A stretch of 64,000 nt of DNA from a virus (lineage: Duplodnaviria > Caudoviricetes): the IMG/VR virus record IMGVR_UViG_3300023180_000051, positions 1,320 to 65,319 of that record; one strand, given 5' to 3'. Position numbers and translations under genes: made by a program. Below, one piece after another: positions 20,401-29,500 of this stretch; position 1 is the first letter of the stretch, and each line of letters starts with the position of its first letter. The notes under the pieces were generated by a model. The model was given only the letters and a program-made list of their open reading frames with translations. It did not search any database and was not told where the DNA came from.

Positions 20401-23400
20401 CAAACCATCATTCAAACCAGCAAGAATTTGGGAGTCAACAATGTACATCTTTCTGAAAGGAGTACATTGGTCATTCGAAATAGATGTGTTTACTGTTGGT
20501 TTGTTTATGTAGAAACTTGTGGAGTCTTTTAGTAGTGAGACTTTGTAACCAGGACCAATTGCATGTGTAGTTTGAATTAGTAATTCATCACCAGGAGTCA
20601 ACTCTGTTATAATACTACCAGCTTCCAATTCTAGGGTAGATGAATCGATATAAGTACATTCTTTAGTAGGATCAATTTTTATTGAGAAAATATTATTTAC
20701 ATTAATCTGATCAGTTGTGGGACTTATAGCAGACATTCCATTGAAGATATATGGATTATCAACTTCTAAACCAGCAACTTTAATTTGAACAGATGCTGAT
20801 GGATTTGGTTGATAAGTATCTGTTACAACTACACGAATATTTGAAAGTTCATCTGATCCATTATAGATAATAGAATTTTCTTTGATAGCATTATATGGAC
20901 TGAATGAAATTATTGCTCCAGCAGAATGATTTTCTTTGATAATACAATCACCAAAATATTTGTTTGTTCTGTATCCATAGTAAATAATTTCATCGTCAAT
21001 TCTTATGTTTCCAAACTGTGGCAATGATGCATCAATTGCATCTGGAATCATATACCTGAGACCAGTAGATTCATTTGTTAGATTTTGTGCCTCGTAAGTT
21101 TCAGTTGAAACTTTTGTATAAGAAATTCCATCATCTGATGTAAACGCCTGGAATGCTGATGGGAATGATCCGTAGTATGAAGTACCACGAACAATATCAT
21201 ATGCATCTACTAACACAGGATTTGCAAATTCCATTATGATAGTTGTAGATCCAACAGAACCATGGTTGAAATCAATAAAATTGCTATCTAGATTACCATC
21301 GGTAATGTAACCTATTTGTGTTGCATTCGCAGATGTTCCAGGTGCAGTAACAGTGACATTTGTATATGGAACTTGAGTACCATCGTAATAAAGTCTGATC
21401 TGACCAAGAGATGTGTAAGAATAATTTGTAAAATGAGTTTCTGTAATAACAAATTTATAAAATCTTCTTGCAGTAATTGGATCTCGAAGTACTTCAATTT
21501 TTGAATCGGAAGCACTAATAGAATTTTCTAATTGTGATTGTGGATATCTTACTGCTATCTTTGTTTGGGGAATTGCCCAGAACTGATTTAGTTCTGTTAC
21601 TGGTAATGTAAATGTATATGTGTTGTTATCAAAAGTACGACCAGTATAATTATATAAAGTATTTCCTATTGTAACTTGCCCAAATGTTGGAACTAATTCT
21701 TCTTCTAAGTTTTCTGGTGCTTGGTTGAATGTATCTTGAGTAGTAATACTATTGAAACCAGTAATACTAAAAGTTTCTGGTTGGTTTTTATTATTATTTA
21801 CTTGAGCATCCAGAGTTGCTTCTGTTGCGTTACCACTAGAATTACGAGTAACATCAATAATTGTTCTAAATTCTGGAGAGGTAATTCCTGGACCATATAC
21901 TTTTTGTCCTATTGTTATACCTATTGCTGGGTTTGAAAATGTAACAACTTCTTTAAAAGTCGTTGCTTCAAAATCTTGATATAATTGTTGAGGAACTCTT
22001 GCTTTTAGTTTGTATCCAGATCCTGTTGGGAACGTAATTGGCGATCCACCTTTTGTGGCAGAAATACTTATATCAGAATTAGAAACAGAATTTGTTGAAA
22101 TTACATAATATACTACTCCTTCGGTTAGAAGTGAAGATAATGCAGATGGTATATTAGTGAAGCAAACTGGAACATCAATTGCAAATTGTAGACTAGGGAA
22201 AGCAAAACTATTTACAAAATTAGTTTGAATGAGTTCAGTTCCTGCACTAGATTCTATAGTATATGTTTTTTGATCTGCTCCTGCTATGTGGAAATAACGA
22301 GACTCTTCATTCTTATCTAATAACCAATAGACCGAAGGATCATACTGGTCAGGAACATAGTAAGTAGATAGTTCGATATCACCTTCATTCCATTGAGTTG
22401 CAAACCAGACAACTTTACCATTATCTAAAGAATATCTAGTATTCTTGTTTAAGTTTGGAATAGGATCGATTCGATATTCTTGTTCTACTGGAGTAGTGTT
22501 TGATAAATCTGAAATTTTTCTAATGTTTACAATTTCACAAACAGAAGGAATACCCCTCAAGTACGTGTTATATGTTTCAATGGTCTCTGGATCTTCCAGT
22601 GTTACATTATTTACATAAACATAATAATACTCAACTTCTGTTGGATGATTTTCAAAACCTATAACGGGAGCATTATAATCATTGCCAGTATATAAAATTA
22701 CATCTGTAATATCTTCATATACAGGATTGAAATAGCTGTTAGATATTTTAGAGATATGTGAAATATTTGCTTGTAAATTTCCAATATCTGCTTTTTTCAA
22801 TTTGAATCTAGCACATGGTTCTCCACCAAATGCTGCTAGTGAATAATCATAAATGATAATGTCTGAATATTTTTGTCTCTTTGTTCTGGTTTTAATTTTT
22901 ACTGGACTATAATATCCACTACCAATTAACCATGACGAACTTATGCCACCAACCCAAATTGGATTTGGATTTAGATACACATAAGTTCCCCATGTATATT
23001 GATAAACCCTGCTGACAGTAAATGGTGTGTCTGGAAACGCAGATGATGTAGCAATTGAACCTGTCGTAATTTTATCTCTATCGTCTACACCATTTTGTAT
23101 AAAGAAATATGCATAAGAATATCCATTACTATATCCCCAAGTATTATTAATCGAAACACTTCCTGGATATAATTGTAGTGGATACTCAGGACCATACTGT
23201 TCTAATGACCAGATAACTGCTCCATCATTTGGAAGATCTGGTCCGAATATTACATCACCAACACCAATACCAGAACTATCATTTAGTACAATAGTTTCAT
23301 TGTCGGAAATTGGTTCATATAAGTACTTTAATCTAGTAGAAGGAATACTTTCGTTTGAGAAGAATTGGTCTCTAGATGCTTGGATCAAAAACGTTTCTGT

Positions 23401-26400
23401 TTGAGTACGAGGAGCAAAATAAGTTTCATCATCATCTTGAATTCCTGTAATTTGATTTCTTGAAGAAACAAATGCTTGATACACAGTTCCATACAAATCT
23501 TCGTATGCTCTATTACCGATTGGATATGGTTCTAGGTAATATTTTATTTGTATAGTTTCGGTTGTATATGATGCATATTGATATTGTTTAACTTTTGCAA
23601 ATCCTTTATCATTCACTCCAAACATAGCAATATAAGGAGTCTGTCCATCTGCAGTTGAATTGAACTCTATCGTTGCAGTATTTCCAACCATTGCACCTTC
23701 TGCAATATTTGGATCAAATATAGTAGTAGTAGATTCCAAGAATACTTTTCTATTGATTATATCGATAGAAGATATTGTAATTGTACTGGAATTTTCTAGT
23801 CCACTGCATATAATTCTCATCTTTGGTGCTAATCCAGCAACCTCATCAAGTTTCAATGAATTTTCTAAGTAATTTACATCTTCAACTACCCTTTCAAATG
23901 TAAGACCATTTGGATACAATCCCTTTGAGAAGAAGTAATTTGGTCCATACAATGGAGTCTGATATCTATAACGATATGTAGAGTCCGAAGTTATTTTTCC
24001 AATAGTTGTTTGGTAATCATTTGTATCATATGGTCTTTCTCTCGTATATGTTCCTTGTCTCCAATAAAACTGTTTAGTAGTTCCTATTACAGTTCCGTCT
24101 GAATTGAATGGTTTGTTTCTTGCTTCTTCTGGTACGACATATTCGTATATTAGTTTTATAACACTTGTACTGTCAAATCCCTGGTGCGCTACTGCAGTAG
24201 TACCACACTCACCACGAGTAACACCTATGAGTTCATATCTATTTTCAGAAACTTCTGCATAATTTGTATAACTGATGATCTCATTATCAATCTGGATATA
24301 GTATTTGAAATTATATGTAGTACCATTCCATTGATAGGAAGTTCCATAATTATCTTCTCTTGGATATTCAACATAATAATATCTAGTTTCAGTTTGAGTC
24401 AGGATAGGTTCTGATGTTCCGATTCTTTCATTCCAAGAAATTGATTGTACATCACCAACTAAGTTTGCTAATATAATATTCTGAGTAGTTCCTCCACTGT
24501 TGATATCAGACATCAATTGTGGTTTATCTGCATTAGCAGTTCCTTTTGGATAAAGATTGATATACTTAATTGGAGTACCTGCTGTCAATCCATCTGTGCC
24601 ACGCTCTGTATTGTAATCTTGATATGAATTCAATCTAAGAATTTCGTATGCTCCGCCGCCTTGGGTACTGACAGTAGGACCATTACTTGAGGTCGTTTCG
24701 TACGTATAAATTCTGATTCCTATTCTGTCTTTAGAACGTACATCATTACCACTGTTTGCATTATTGAGATTAGTGTCTCCATAAGCATAAGCATAATATG
24801 TTTGTTGTAATTCATAACTGTCATCGACGCTATCCCACCGTGGAGTATAAAGTCTTCCATACCAACGCCAATTTGCACCGCTCATATAAAAGTAGTATGT
24901 TGATGGCCAATTAGTAGCGTTGATATCGCTAGTTGCCCAAGCATACATGATGCTGGTGGTTCGATTTCTAAAACAATCTAAAACTCCGCCAACTGCGGAT
25001 GCTTTATCTACAGCATCATCTACACTAACAAGATCATATTCAAAATTAAATCCAATAGAAGTATAAATTCCCCTAAACTCTATCGATACTGGTAGATTTG
25101 GTATAGTATCTAATACCCAATTAGAACTAAGTTGTTTTAGTGTATTTTTATATAATACAGAATATTGTAATATATTATCCTGATTTATGCTAACTCTAGA
25201 TGGATACTTGAAATTTATATAATACTCATAGTATGTTTCTCCATCATCATTTGTTTTTGTCGCAACTTTATTGTATCCACTAATAGGAGTAGAATCCCAC
25301 TGATAATTGGGGATATTAGAATCACCACTATCTTCCCATACTTGGGTGTAAAAAGAATACTCTTCGTCTTTTGGAGTTGGTATTGCTACCGATAAATCTG
25401 TTTTTGTTTGTACTTTTATAGATCTTGTATATTTTGGATAGTTTAGATCTCCAGAAGTAGCAGATATCACATTGCAATGAATTGAATCTCTAAACAGATA
25501 TCCATAGTATTGTCTTCTGATCTGAGACGATGAACCTCTATTTAATTTTGACCAAAGTGAATTACTGCCTCTTTCAAGAATAACCTCATCACCAGATACT
25601 ATTGGTGTATCTGGAAATACTGATAAATATATGTTGTAAAATTCTGAAGAGTCTGCATTTTCTTCAATGAAAGTTACATAAGCATTTCTAAAAACAGAAC
25701 TAACAATAAAATCATTGATAGTGATTCCAGTATCTAATTGTGATTTTTCAATTGTAATATTATAACCAGATAATTGAATGTTATCTAGACGAATGTCATC
25801 AATTCCATCTACTCCACCAAATTGACTTCCCGAGATATAAAGGTCTTCATTAGCATTGTATCCACTACCAGATGAAATAATAGAAACTCCAACAACTCCA
25901 TATGATCCACTAGCTTCAGAATCAGATCCTCCTTGTCCGTCGTCAACATCTTCGAAGTTTGGTGCTAAAACAACTAGAAATGTTGCACCAGTTCCGCCAG
26001 ATGATGCAGGTTGATGTTCGCAAATATATTCAAAGACATCCTCTTCTAAAATAATTTCATGTAAAAGATTACTATCCCCATCAACACTATCGATGTTCAA
26101 ACTTGTGTTATTTAGATCATAAACATTGCTCCAACCAGCAACACCATCAGTTGGAACTAATTCTACATCAGATATTAAAACTCTATATTGATCAATAAAA
26201 TCTTTCCTAATCCAAGTTTGACTAAGATCACCAGTGCCACCAACTGATCCTAAATTTCTTCCCAACCAATCAGTATCTGGGATTACTTTTGCATCTGTTA
26301 GTGTCGCGGTAGCAAATCTATTAAAATATTGCGCTCCAAGAGTTGTACTACCAACATTTTCTGCTTCTAAAGCATCATTCAAACTTATGAGAACTGTAGA

Positions 26401-26541
26401 ATCGGTTGCCCAATTCTTGAAGTCCGCCATGTTGACGGAATCATCAGTTTGTATTAAAATGTCTGCGGTTGATGGTAATTTACCTATAGAAGCTCTGGTG
26501 ATCTTCTTGGAGAAAAACGATCTTGATACTACTGCCGACAT
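14425..26541 (-). CDS. Giant mosaic virion protein (4038 aa) with discoidin-like, SBBP beta-propeller and lectin-like domains
   Basis: Uninterrupted 12.1-kb ORF with GSGY phage repeats, IQIDNEII.Y..RG..GT.A..H modules, DSxGNxY propeller blades and an F5/8C-like segment. Confidence 0.8.
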   Translation of the reverse strand: MSAVVSRSFFSKKITRASIGKLPSTADILIQTDDSVNMADFKNWATDSTVLISLNDALEAENVGSTTLGAQYFNRFATATLTDAKVIPDTDWLGRNLGSVGGTGDLSQTWIRKDFIDQYRVLISDVELVPTDGVAGWSNVYDLNNTSLNIDSVDGDSNLLHEIILEEDVFEYICEHQPASSGGTGATFLVVLAPNFEDVDDGQGGSDSEASGSYGVVGVSIISSGSGYNANEDLYISGSQFGGVDGIDDIRLDNIQLSGYNITIEKSQLDTGITINDFIVSSVFRNAYVTFIEENADSSEFYNIYLSVFPDTPIVSGDEVILERGSNSLWSKLNRGSSSQIRRQYYGYLFRDSIHCNVISATSGDLNYPKYTRSIKVQTKTDLSVAIPTPKDEEYSFYTQVWEDSGDSNIPNYQWDSTPISGYNKVATKTNDDGETYYEYYINFKYPSRVSINQDNILQYSVLYKNTLKQLSSNWVLDTIPNLPVSIEFRGIYTSIGFNFEYDLVSVDDAVDKASAVGGVLDCFRNRTTSIMYAWATSDINATNWPSTYYFYMSGANWRWYGRLYTPRWDSVDDSYELQQTYYAYAYGDTNLNNANSGNDVRSKDRIGIRIYTYETTSSNGPTVSTQGGGAYEILRLNSYQDYNTERGTDGLTAGTPIKYINLYPKGTANADKPQLMSDINSGGTTQNIILANLVGDVQSISWNERIGTSEPILTQTETRYYYVEYPREDNYGTSYQWNGTTYNFKYYIQIDNEIISYTNYAEVSENRYELIGVTRGECGTTAVAHQGFDSTSVIKLIYEYVVPEEARNKPFNSDGTVIGTTKQFYWRQGTYTRERPYDTNDYQTTIGKITSDSTYRYRYQTPLYGPNYFFSKGLYPNGLTFERVVEDVNYLENSLKLDEVAGLAPKMRIICSGLENSSTITISSIDIINRKVFLESTTTIFDPNIAEGAMVGNTATIEFNSTADGQTPYIAMFGVNDKGFAKVKQYQYASYTTETIQIKYYLEPYPIGNRAYEDLYGTVYQAFVSSRNQITGIQDDDETYFAPRTQTETFLIQASRDQFFSNESIPSTRLKYLYEPISDNETIVLNDSSGIGVGDVIFGPDLPNDGAVIWSLEQYGPEYPLQLYPGSVSINNTWGYSNGYSYAYFFIQNGVDDRDKITTGSIATSSAFPDTPFTVSRVYQYTWGTYVYLNPNPIWVGGISSSWLIGSGYYSPVKIKTRTKRQKYSDIIIYDYSLAAFGGEPCARFKLKKADIGNLQANISHISKISNSYFNPVYEDITDVILYTGNDYNAPVIGFENHPTEVEYYYVYVNNVTLEDPETIETYNTYLRGIPSVCEIVNIRKISDLSNTTPVEQEYRIDPIPNLNKNTRYSLDNGKVVWFATQWNEGDIELSTYYVPDQYDPSVYWLLDKNEESRYFHIAGADQKTYTIESSAGTELIQTNFVNSFAFPSLQFAIDVPVCFTNIPSALSSLLTEGVVYYVISTNSVSNSDISISATKGGSPITFPTGSGYKLKARVPQQLYQDFEATTFKEVVTFSNPAIGITIGQKVYGPGITSPEFRTIIDVTRNSSGNATEATLDAQVNNNKNQPETFSITGFNSITTQDTFNQAPENLEEELVPTFGQVTIGNTLYNYTGRTFDNNTYTFTLPVTELNQFWAIPQTKIAVRYPQSQLENSISASDSKIEVLRDPITARRFYKFVITETHFTNYSYTSLGQIRLYYDGTQVPYTNVTVTAPGTSANATQIGYITDGNLDSNFIDFNHGSVGSTTIIMEFANPVLVDAYDIVRGTSYYGSFPSAFQAFTSDDGISYTKVSTETYEAQNLTNESTGLRYMIPDAIDASLPQFGNIRIDDEIIYYGYRTNKYFGDCIIKENHSAGAIISFSPYNAIKENSIIYNGSDELSNIRVVVTDTYQPNPSASVQIKVAGLEVDNPYIFNGMSAISPTTDQINVNNIFSIKIDPTKECTYIDSSTLELEAGSIITELTPGDELLIQTTHAIGPGYKVSLLKDSTSFYINKPTVNTSISNDQCTPFRKMYIVDSQILAGLNDGLVTAANKFNNGRGFKYIPLSGCLDIKPVKCLTSKYVSFASEKFSKTLFLSDTILDPESLTGLEPKYDPETGIKNTGNYILSFEGNDYEIQSLEYPEGTQGEENAANFITTFGNPSSNYQLSTCGVAKDSLGNIYTLATGYYESSSTGDRQFLIKFDSAGDVVWAKAAESTFDFDYRPEGVQVYNDQIYCLTRNRTDNSIHIAKYDTNGTVLLDKKISSGGEEYPYGGFEFDSTGNLWITGSTKFNGLFPGDWSSSETPTVGTNYNGYWELALPWSVNFQGRLHNTAYVSTKGAIIFGAYDPLAITNMSGTSPAEDKLFFGCRSNYSCQRIRYGITGTAPNRIYHVVYEGSTSSSGSLGSPTKFHELRFYENEQTRVELSTEINDNSYSSGANSASGGGAFSFEGERVASLSWTYSGRHYRWDLPSVPNTSGWRFALHTLYDGHDNQSSGYSIVNSKDLRMCHYNANYQTNNFYTENKYLWNRPFSISFNIEMSDPNNNTQSGVFGIGWTKQNDKHGSYYWLQKHTSSSLEYASFVFTGDVWRDTDNTVRYYKTDGYSGTTPFEQQAVDLNILSGTAPFVGIKQNVFYWMDYNPSTSQMEIYYDKTNVKPASPQHTFTIQAFDSNEYYFSIFAGGYYWSTYMDNIDLKEINVTFTDNNQVVWNYNDFNFLTGMHGSNDQINTGMSLTGAYQGGMVVKLDSTTLTLLDDWRIGTSEYQWRIRDIKFDSQGYMYLAAAIYDQLLGIYKFDITSNPNNPTAIWSKVYSQIDLTYNGAEYINGLVLDDNDNVYIGGYSYSYNSDPTYQAYYTFVMKLDTNGTYQWGKVFDANASEYSYGGIDIDKTTGTTYHYGYTTSGNTGSDLILYKLDTNGNLLLAKEFGSDLSDGILVDIRNRNKSIYVENDVCYLTGFTYKNNSSRGGFLARLDLSSAPGDINGPYGRSAFNLDDAGTQYNFFDIQLPSNRTEPYTSNYSYGWYKDQQLSINNASNTYYDVVLPFAPNVFGTLIDLEKNYIKVNLTTPLKIASTYKDTVIVKSQDYRTDYQRIPNVRGLVYGPQKAVLFDNYKAVITSSSYSRSYVYSVLKSLKTSASFSEAGDINSYVILSDVNELHSEDLFVTGTNIKPGTKVKSIDYVNNVVYLTQSLLGDPSNLRFYVRRYKYNVTIVNGDTNNVFIGDTVSFIISPNPSEPIDINRSSIKYYVSNVFSETSLTINSNSSSTPSSNIMYIASKDGFSTRDFEIGAVELGGFKNNQRQQIVNTSVIADGTDGAIYDIETVQTRATREMFTTSVGKTLGRFVFKQRNFISKNRPIYWNEVVTQPTFFANTPVEKIISGLYLDLPFFASFSGTSLYWSFDGENWSNRTLANTINHISYDEPSSNILIAFANGTFKSLSITDISSGNGVDYSLLSETNVKFIKRIGSYTFAQGDNLVYYTSTNPSSVSADSIVWYSITVNNTNTVIEAEFDDYNYVLIYDIASSTNFYKNFVLSNITGLNLDIDVVADRIKGYNNVFTPIKTTAVTYGLGKFVEAGYRVFFQGVYQSPFIEIYEYENFSDITSPESTEEFDVKALTFNDGQFICAGTNLNTGRQFIRYSPNARVWIDTELYRDKEIPATEMISGQEYTIDLVEDTNWTDIGAPAGFDVGTRFTYNGVAVTGVGSCIDLSLNLISEDEHITAIEYAGFNKYVAAVHNPITLQTRFVLSALPLPATSDLNPEQYDVDNGTFRVIENVGNTTLYRYKSSVLEGNLLAWDGTNLVYFKYESGAPVETNELNEYKVIGCQTCNYYEYNGLIVPDFRTAPEQIGTDNDPESPTFGDPIFTSAPLSLFEEGLIEPRIVRAGTGYEPLTTFSNCRVSSEFGLDALLTCGTNEEGEIDTVTVTQNGKFYSDLAELQGGLILLNNTGIDPNGVLNVAPYEEGVEDERAIISFNNNVNYKQYSVYGAQAGTSGYAVLYKNLLNSSLYYIMFFDANGVFLDSNSRIFISDIAHLSSEFAFAQGL

Positions 26542-26546
26542 TTCTT

Positions 26547-29500
26547 TTAGACATCAAAGGTGTTTACGTTGTAGAGAATTCTATCAGTACCATAGATGAA
26601 GTAGTTGATAATAAAATCTCCTACAACGCCATTCTCTCCCGTATCAGTATTTAGCCAAGCATTCTTGATAGAATACCATCTATTGCCACCTGTAGAAGCA
26701 ATTCTTTCTAACCCTTTGATAACTGTTCCTTCTGTGTTTTGTGTAGAAACATAGATAAATCCAGATACACCTAAGTTAGCAGTAAGAACGGTATCAGATA
26801 ATCTTCCAATTCTTAGTAGTCCTTCGTCTGTATCTAATTCTGCTGTTGATGGTGAGTATGAGAAGTTTACACCATTTTCCAAATTGTAAACAAAGTTTCC
26901 ACCTGACAATGCACCAGCTTCATAATTACCATCATCATCAACATAAATTTGCCACGTTGTTGGAGCAGGTGATCCAGTTAGTTTATTTGCATATGCCCAC
27001 TGGAATAGTCCAGCAGGTGTGACAAACACATCATCAATTGATGCTGCTGATGGACCCCAGTTTTGTGTTGAAGATACTTTCTTAGTAAATCCAAACTTAT
27101 CTTCTGTAGCAACTGGGAATCTAAACAAAGCATTTGGTTGTGCTACCTGAGAATCTTTTAGTTCAAGGCTAGCACCATCTTTTAGTTTGAGAACGTTGGA
27201 AACTTCAATATCAGCAACAGTTACTTTGTCATATGTAACCGTCTTAGAAGACGCTTCTGCTAACTGAATACGTGCGGATGACTGCAAGATAGTAGAGAAT
27301 GCTTCTAGGTTTCCAACTCCGCTACTGGAAGCAGCAGTGATGTATAGATAATCATTTGGATTGATTAGTCTAGTCTGAGCACTAGTTTTTAGTTTAGGTA
27401 CATTGACTGTTTCTGACTGACTACCCTTGGTGTCAATAATTTGAGAACCAATGAAGAAGTCTCCATTTGAGTTAGTGCCACTAGATCCGTTGAATCCACC
27501 ATCAAGTTCTTGAGTTTGAGCATTAATAGTTTGCTGTTTGTTTAGAACAATAGTTTGGAAAGCAGGGAAACCAGTTGAATAGTTACCAGGACCAAATCCA
27601 ACATATTCCCAAGTGTGACCAGATGCTCTAATATTACTTGGTCTATGTAGTTTGACTGTAATTGGTGCTAATCCATCCTGATCTTCAAACAATAGCATTC
27701 TATTGCTATATGCAGATCCGTCGTTTCTGGACGTTTCATTTACAACAGTGAAATCATCAAACAAATCATCATCAATACCAATATCATTTTCAATATTTGA
27801 TCCGCCAACTTTTTTGTATGGTTCGTTTGATTTGAAATTAACTCTCTTCAACTTGACACCAACTAAAGCAGAATCTCCTGCTGCTATAGCATTACCACCT
27901 GTTAGTTTTTTGAATGTAATTTGGTTTGTTGAAGTCGATGATATTCTATAGAAAGTATCTGTATCAATTACAGATGATGTGCCTACAGAACAGAATTTTA
28001 CAATATCGCCTACAACTAGATTATTAGTTCCAGCAGTTAGAGTTACAGTTGTGCCAGCATTAGATCCAATAGTATACAAAGAAACACCAGAATTAATGTT
28101 TACACCAGACTGTAGATACGTGACAAAAGTTTCTATAGTTTCTGCTGTAGTAGAATATTCTGATCTTCTTTCATAACCATCTGCCTCTAAATTGGATGCA
28201 TCTACAGTCACAGTTTTGATTGTTGGAGTTGTGTCATAGATGCTGTATGCTTTTTTAGGATTCCATTCTGGTTTATCAAGATTTACATCTGGATATAAGA
28301 AATATTGATTCTGTGCATATCCAATTGGTAATTCATCATTTGTTCCCAAAATATTCTTGACATTAGCATTACTAACGGTTAAGATATAGTATCCATCCTG
28401 CTGGTTGTATTGATACTCAACTTGAGTTTCTACATTATAAATGTAATAACTATTAGCATATGATGGTGCTTGGTCAAGTGATAACTTGATTACATACTTT
28501 CTTTCGGGTGGTTTTGATATTGTTTCTTTTGGAATTTTATAAAGAACTCTCCAGATATGATCTGTTTGTAATCTATTGTCTGGTGTTCTCTTAACAAACA
28601 AACTTGGGAAAGAAGAATTTTCTCCAAACTCTCTACTATCAAGAGTATTCAACGCATAATCCGTATTAGAATCATACCTCATCGTGATTCTCTTCAGCAA
28701 TGTATTTTCTGTAGTAGAATCAATTGGATCTGCTTGAGAAAAATCAGCGTTCAACTGCGTAGCAGCAAAAGAAGCAGCATCTACAAATTCATAGTAACTT
28801 CCATCACCTGCTTGTGACCAATAAAATACATCATCATTTGCAACAGCATCTTTGATGTAGATAACAACATGACCATAATATAGACCGCCTTGTGTCTCTG
28901 AATATTCCCATCCATAATACTGTCTAGTATCATTTTCGGGAATAGAAATTGGAGTTGAATCTGCTGCAGTTTGATTTACATCTGCATCAATACAAACTTC
29001 TCCCTTTTCATTTTCATTTTCAGTAGCAGTTCCTTTTAGTCTTAGTCTTGCTTTAAATTCTTTCTGAACATCGGATCCAATATATGTTGGGAAAGAAGTA
29101 TAAACATACTCATCAAAATCCGAACTAGTTTCATATTCTTCAGTTTGTGGATTGAAACCAATGTTTCTTCCTTTACCTAATAGATAGTTGATTCCATCTA
29201 ATAGTAACCAACGTTTTTCTTCCGCAGTTCCTTTGTTTTCAATGTACTCAGGAACTTCATCTTGACCATACAATCCATATGGGTTGTTTGGATTCTTGAT
29301 GTAAATTTTACTAATTTTTGGTTTATCTGCTGTAGTAGCATTCTGCCATGTGGAGAATGTTCTTTGATCAATTTCACCAATGCCAATTGGTTGTGTTGTT
29401 CCGTAATTGATTCCTCTTGGGGGAATAACACCAATCAACTGACCAGAAGAATCTTGATCAAATGCTACTCTCTTATAACCAGAACTTAGTGTAGCAATAT

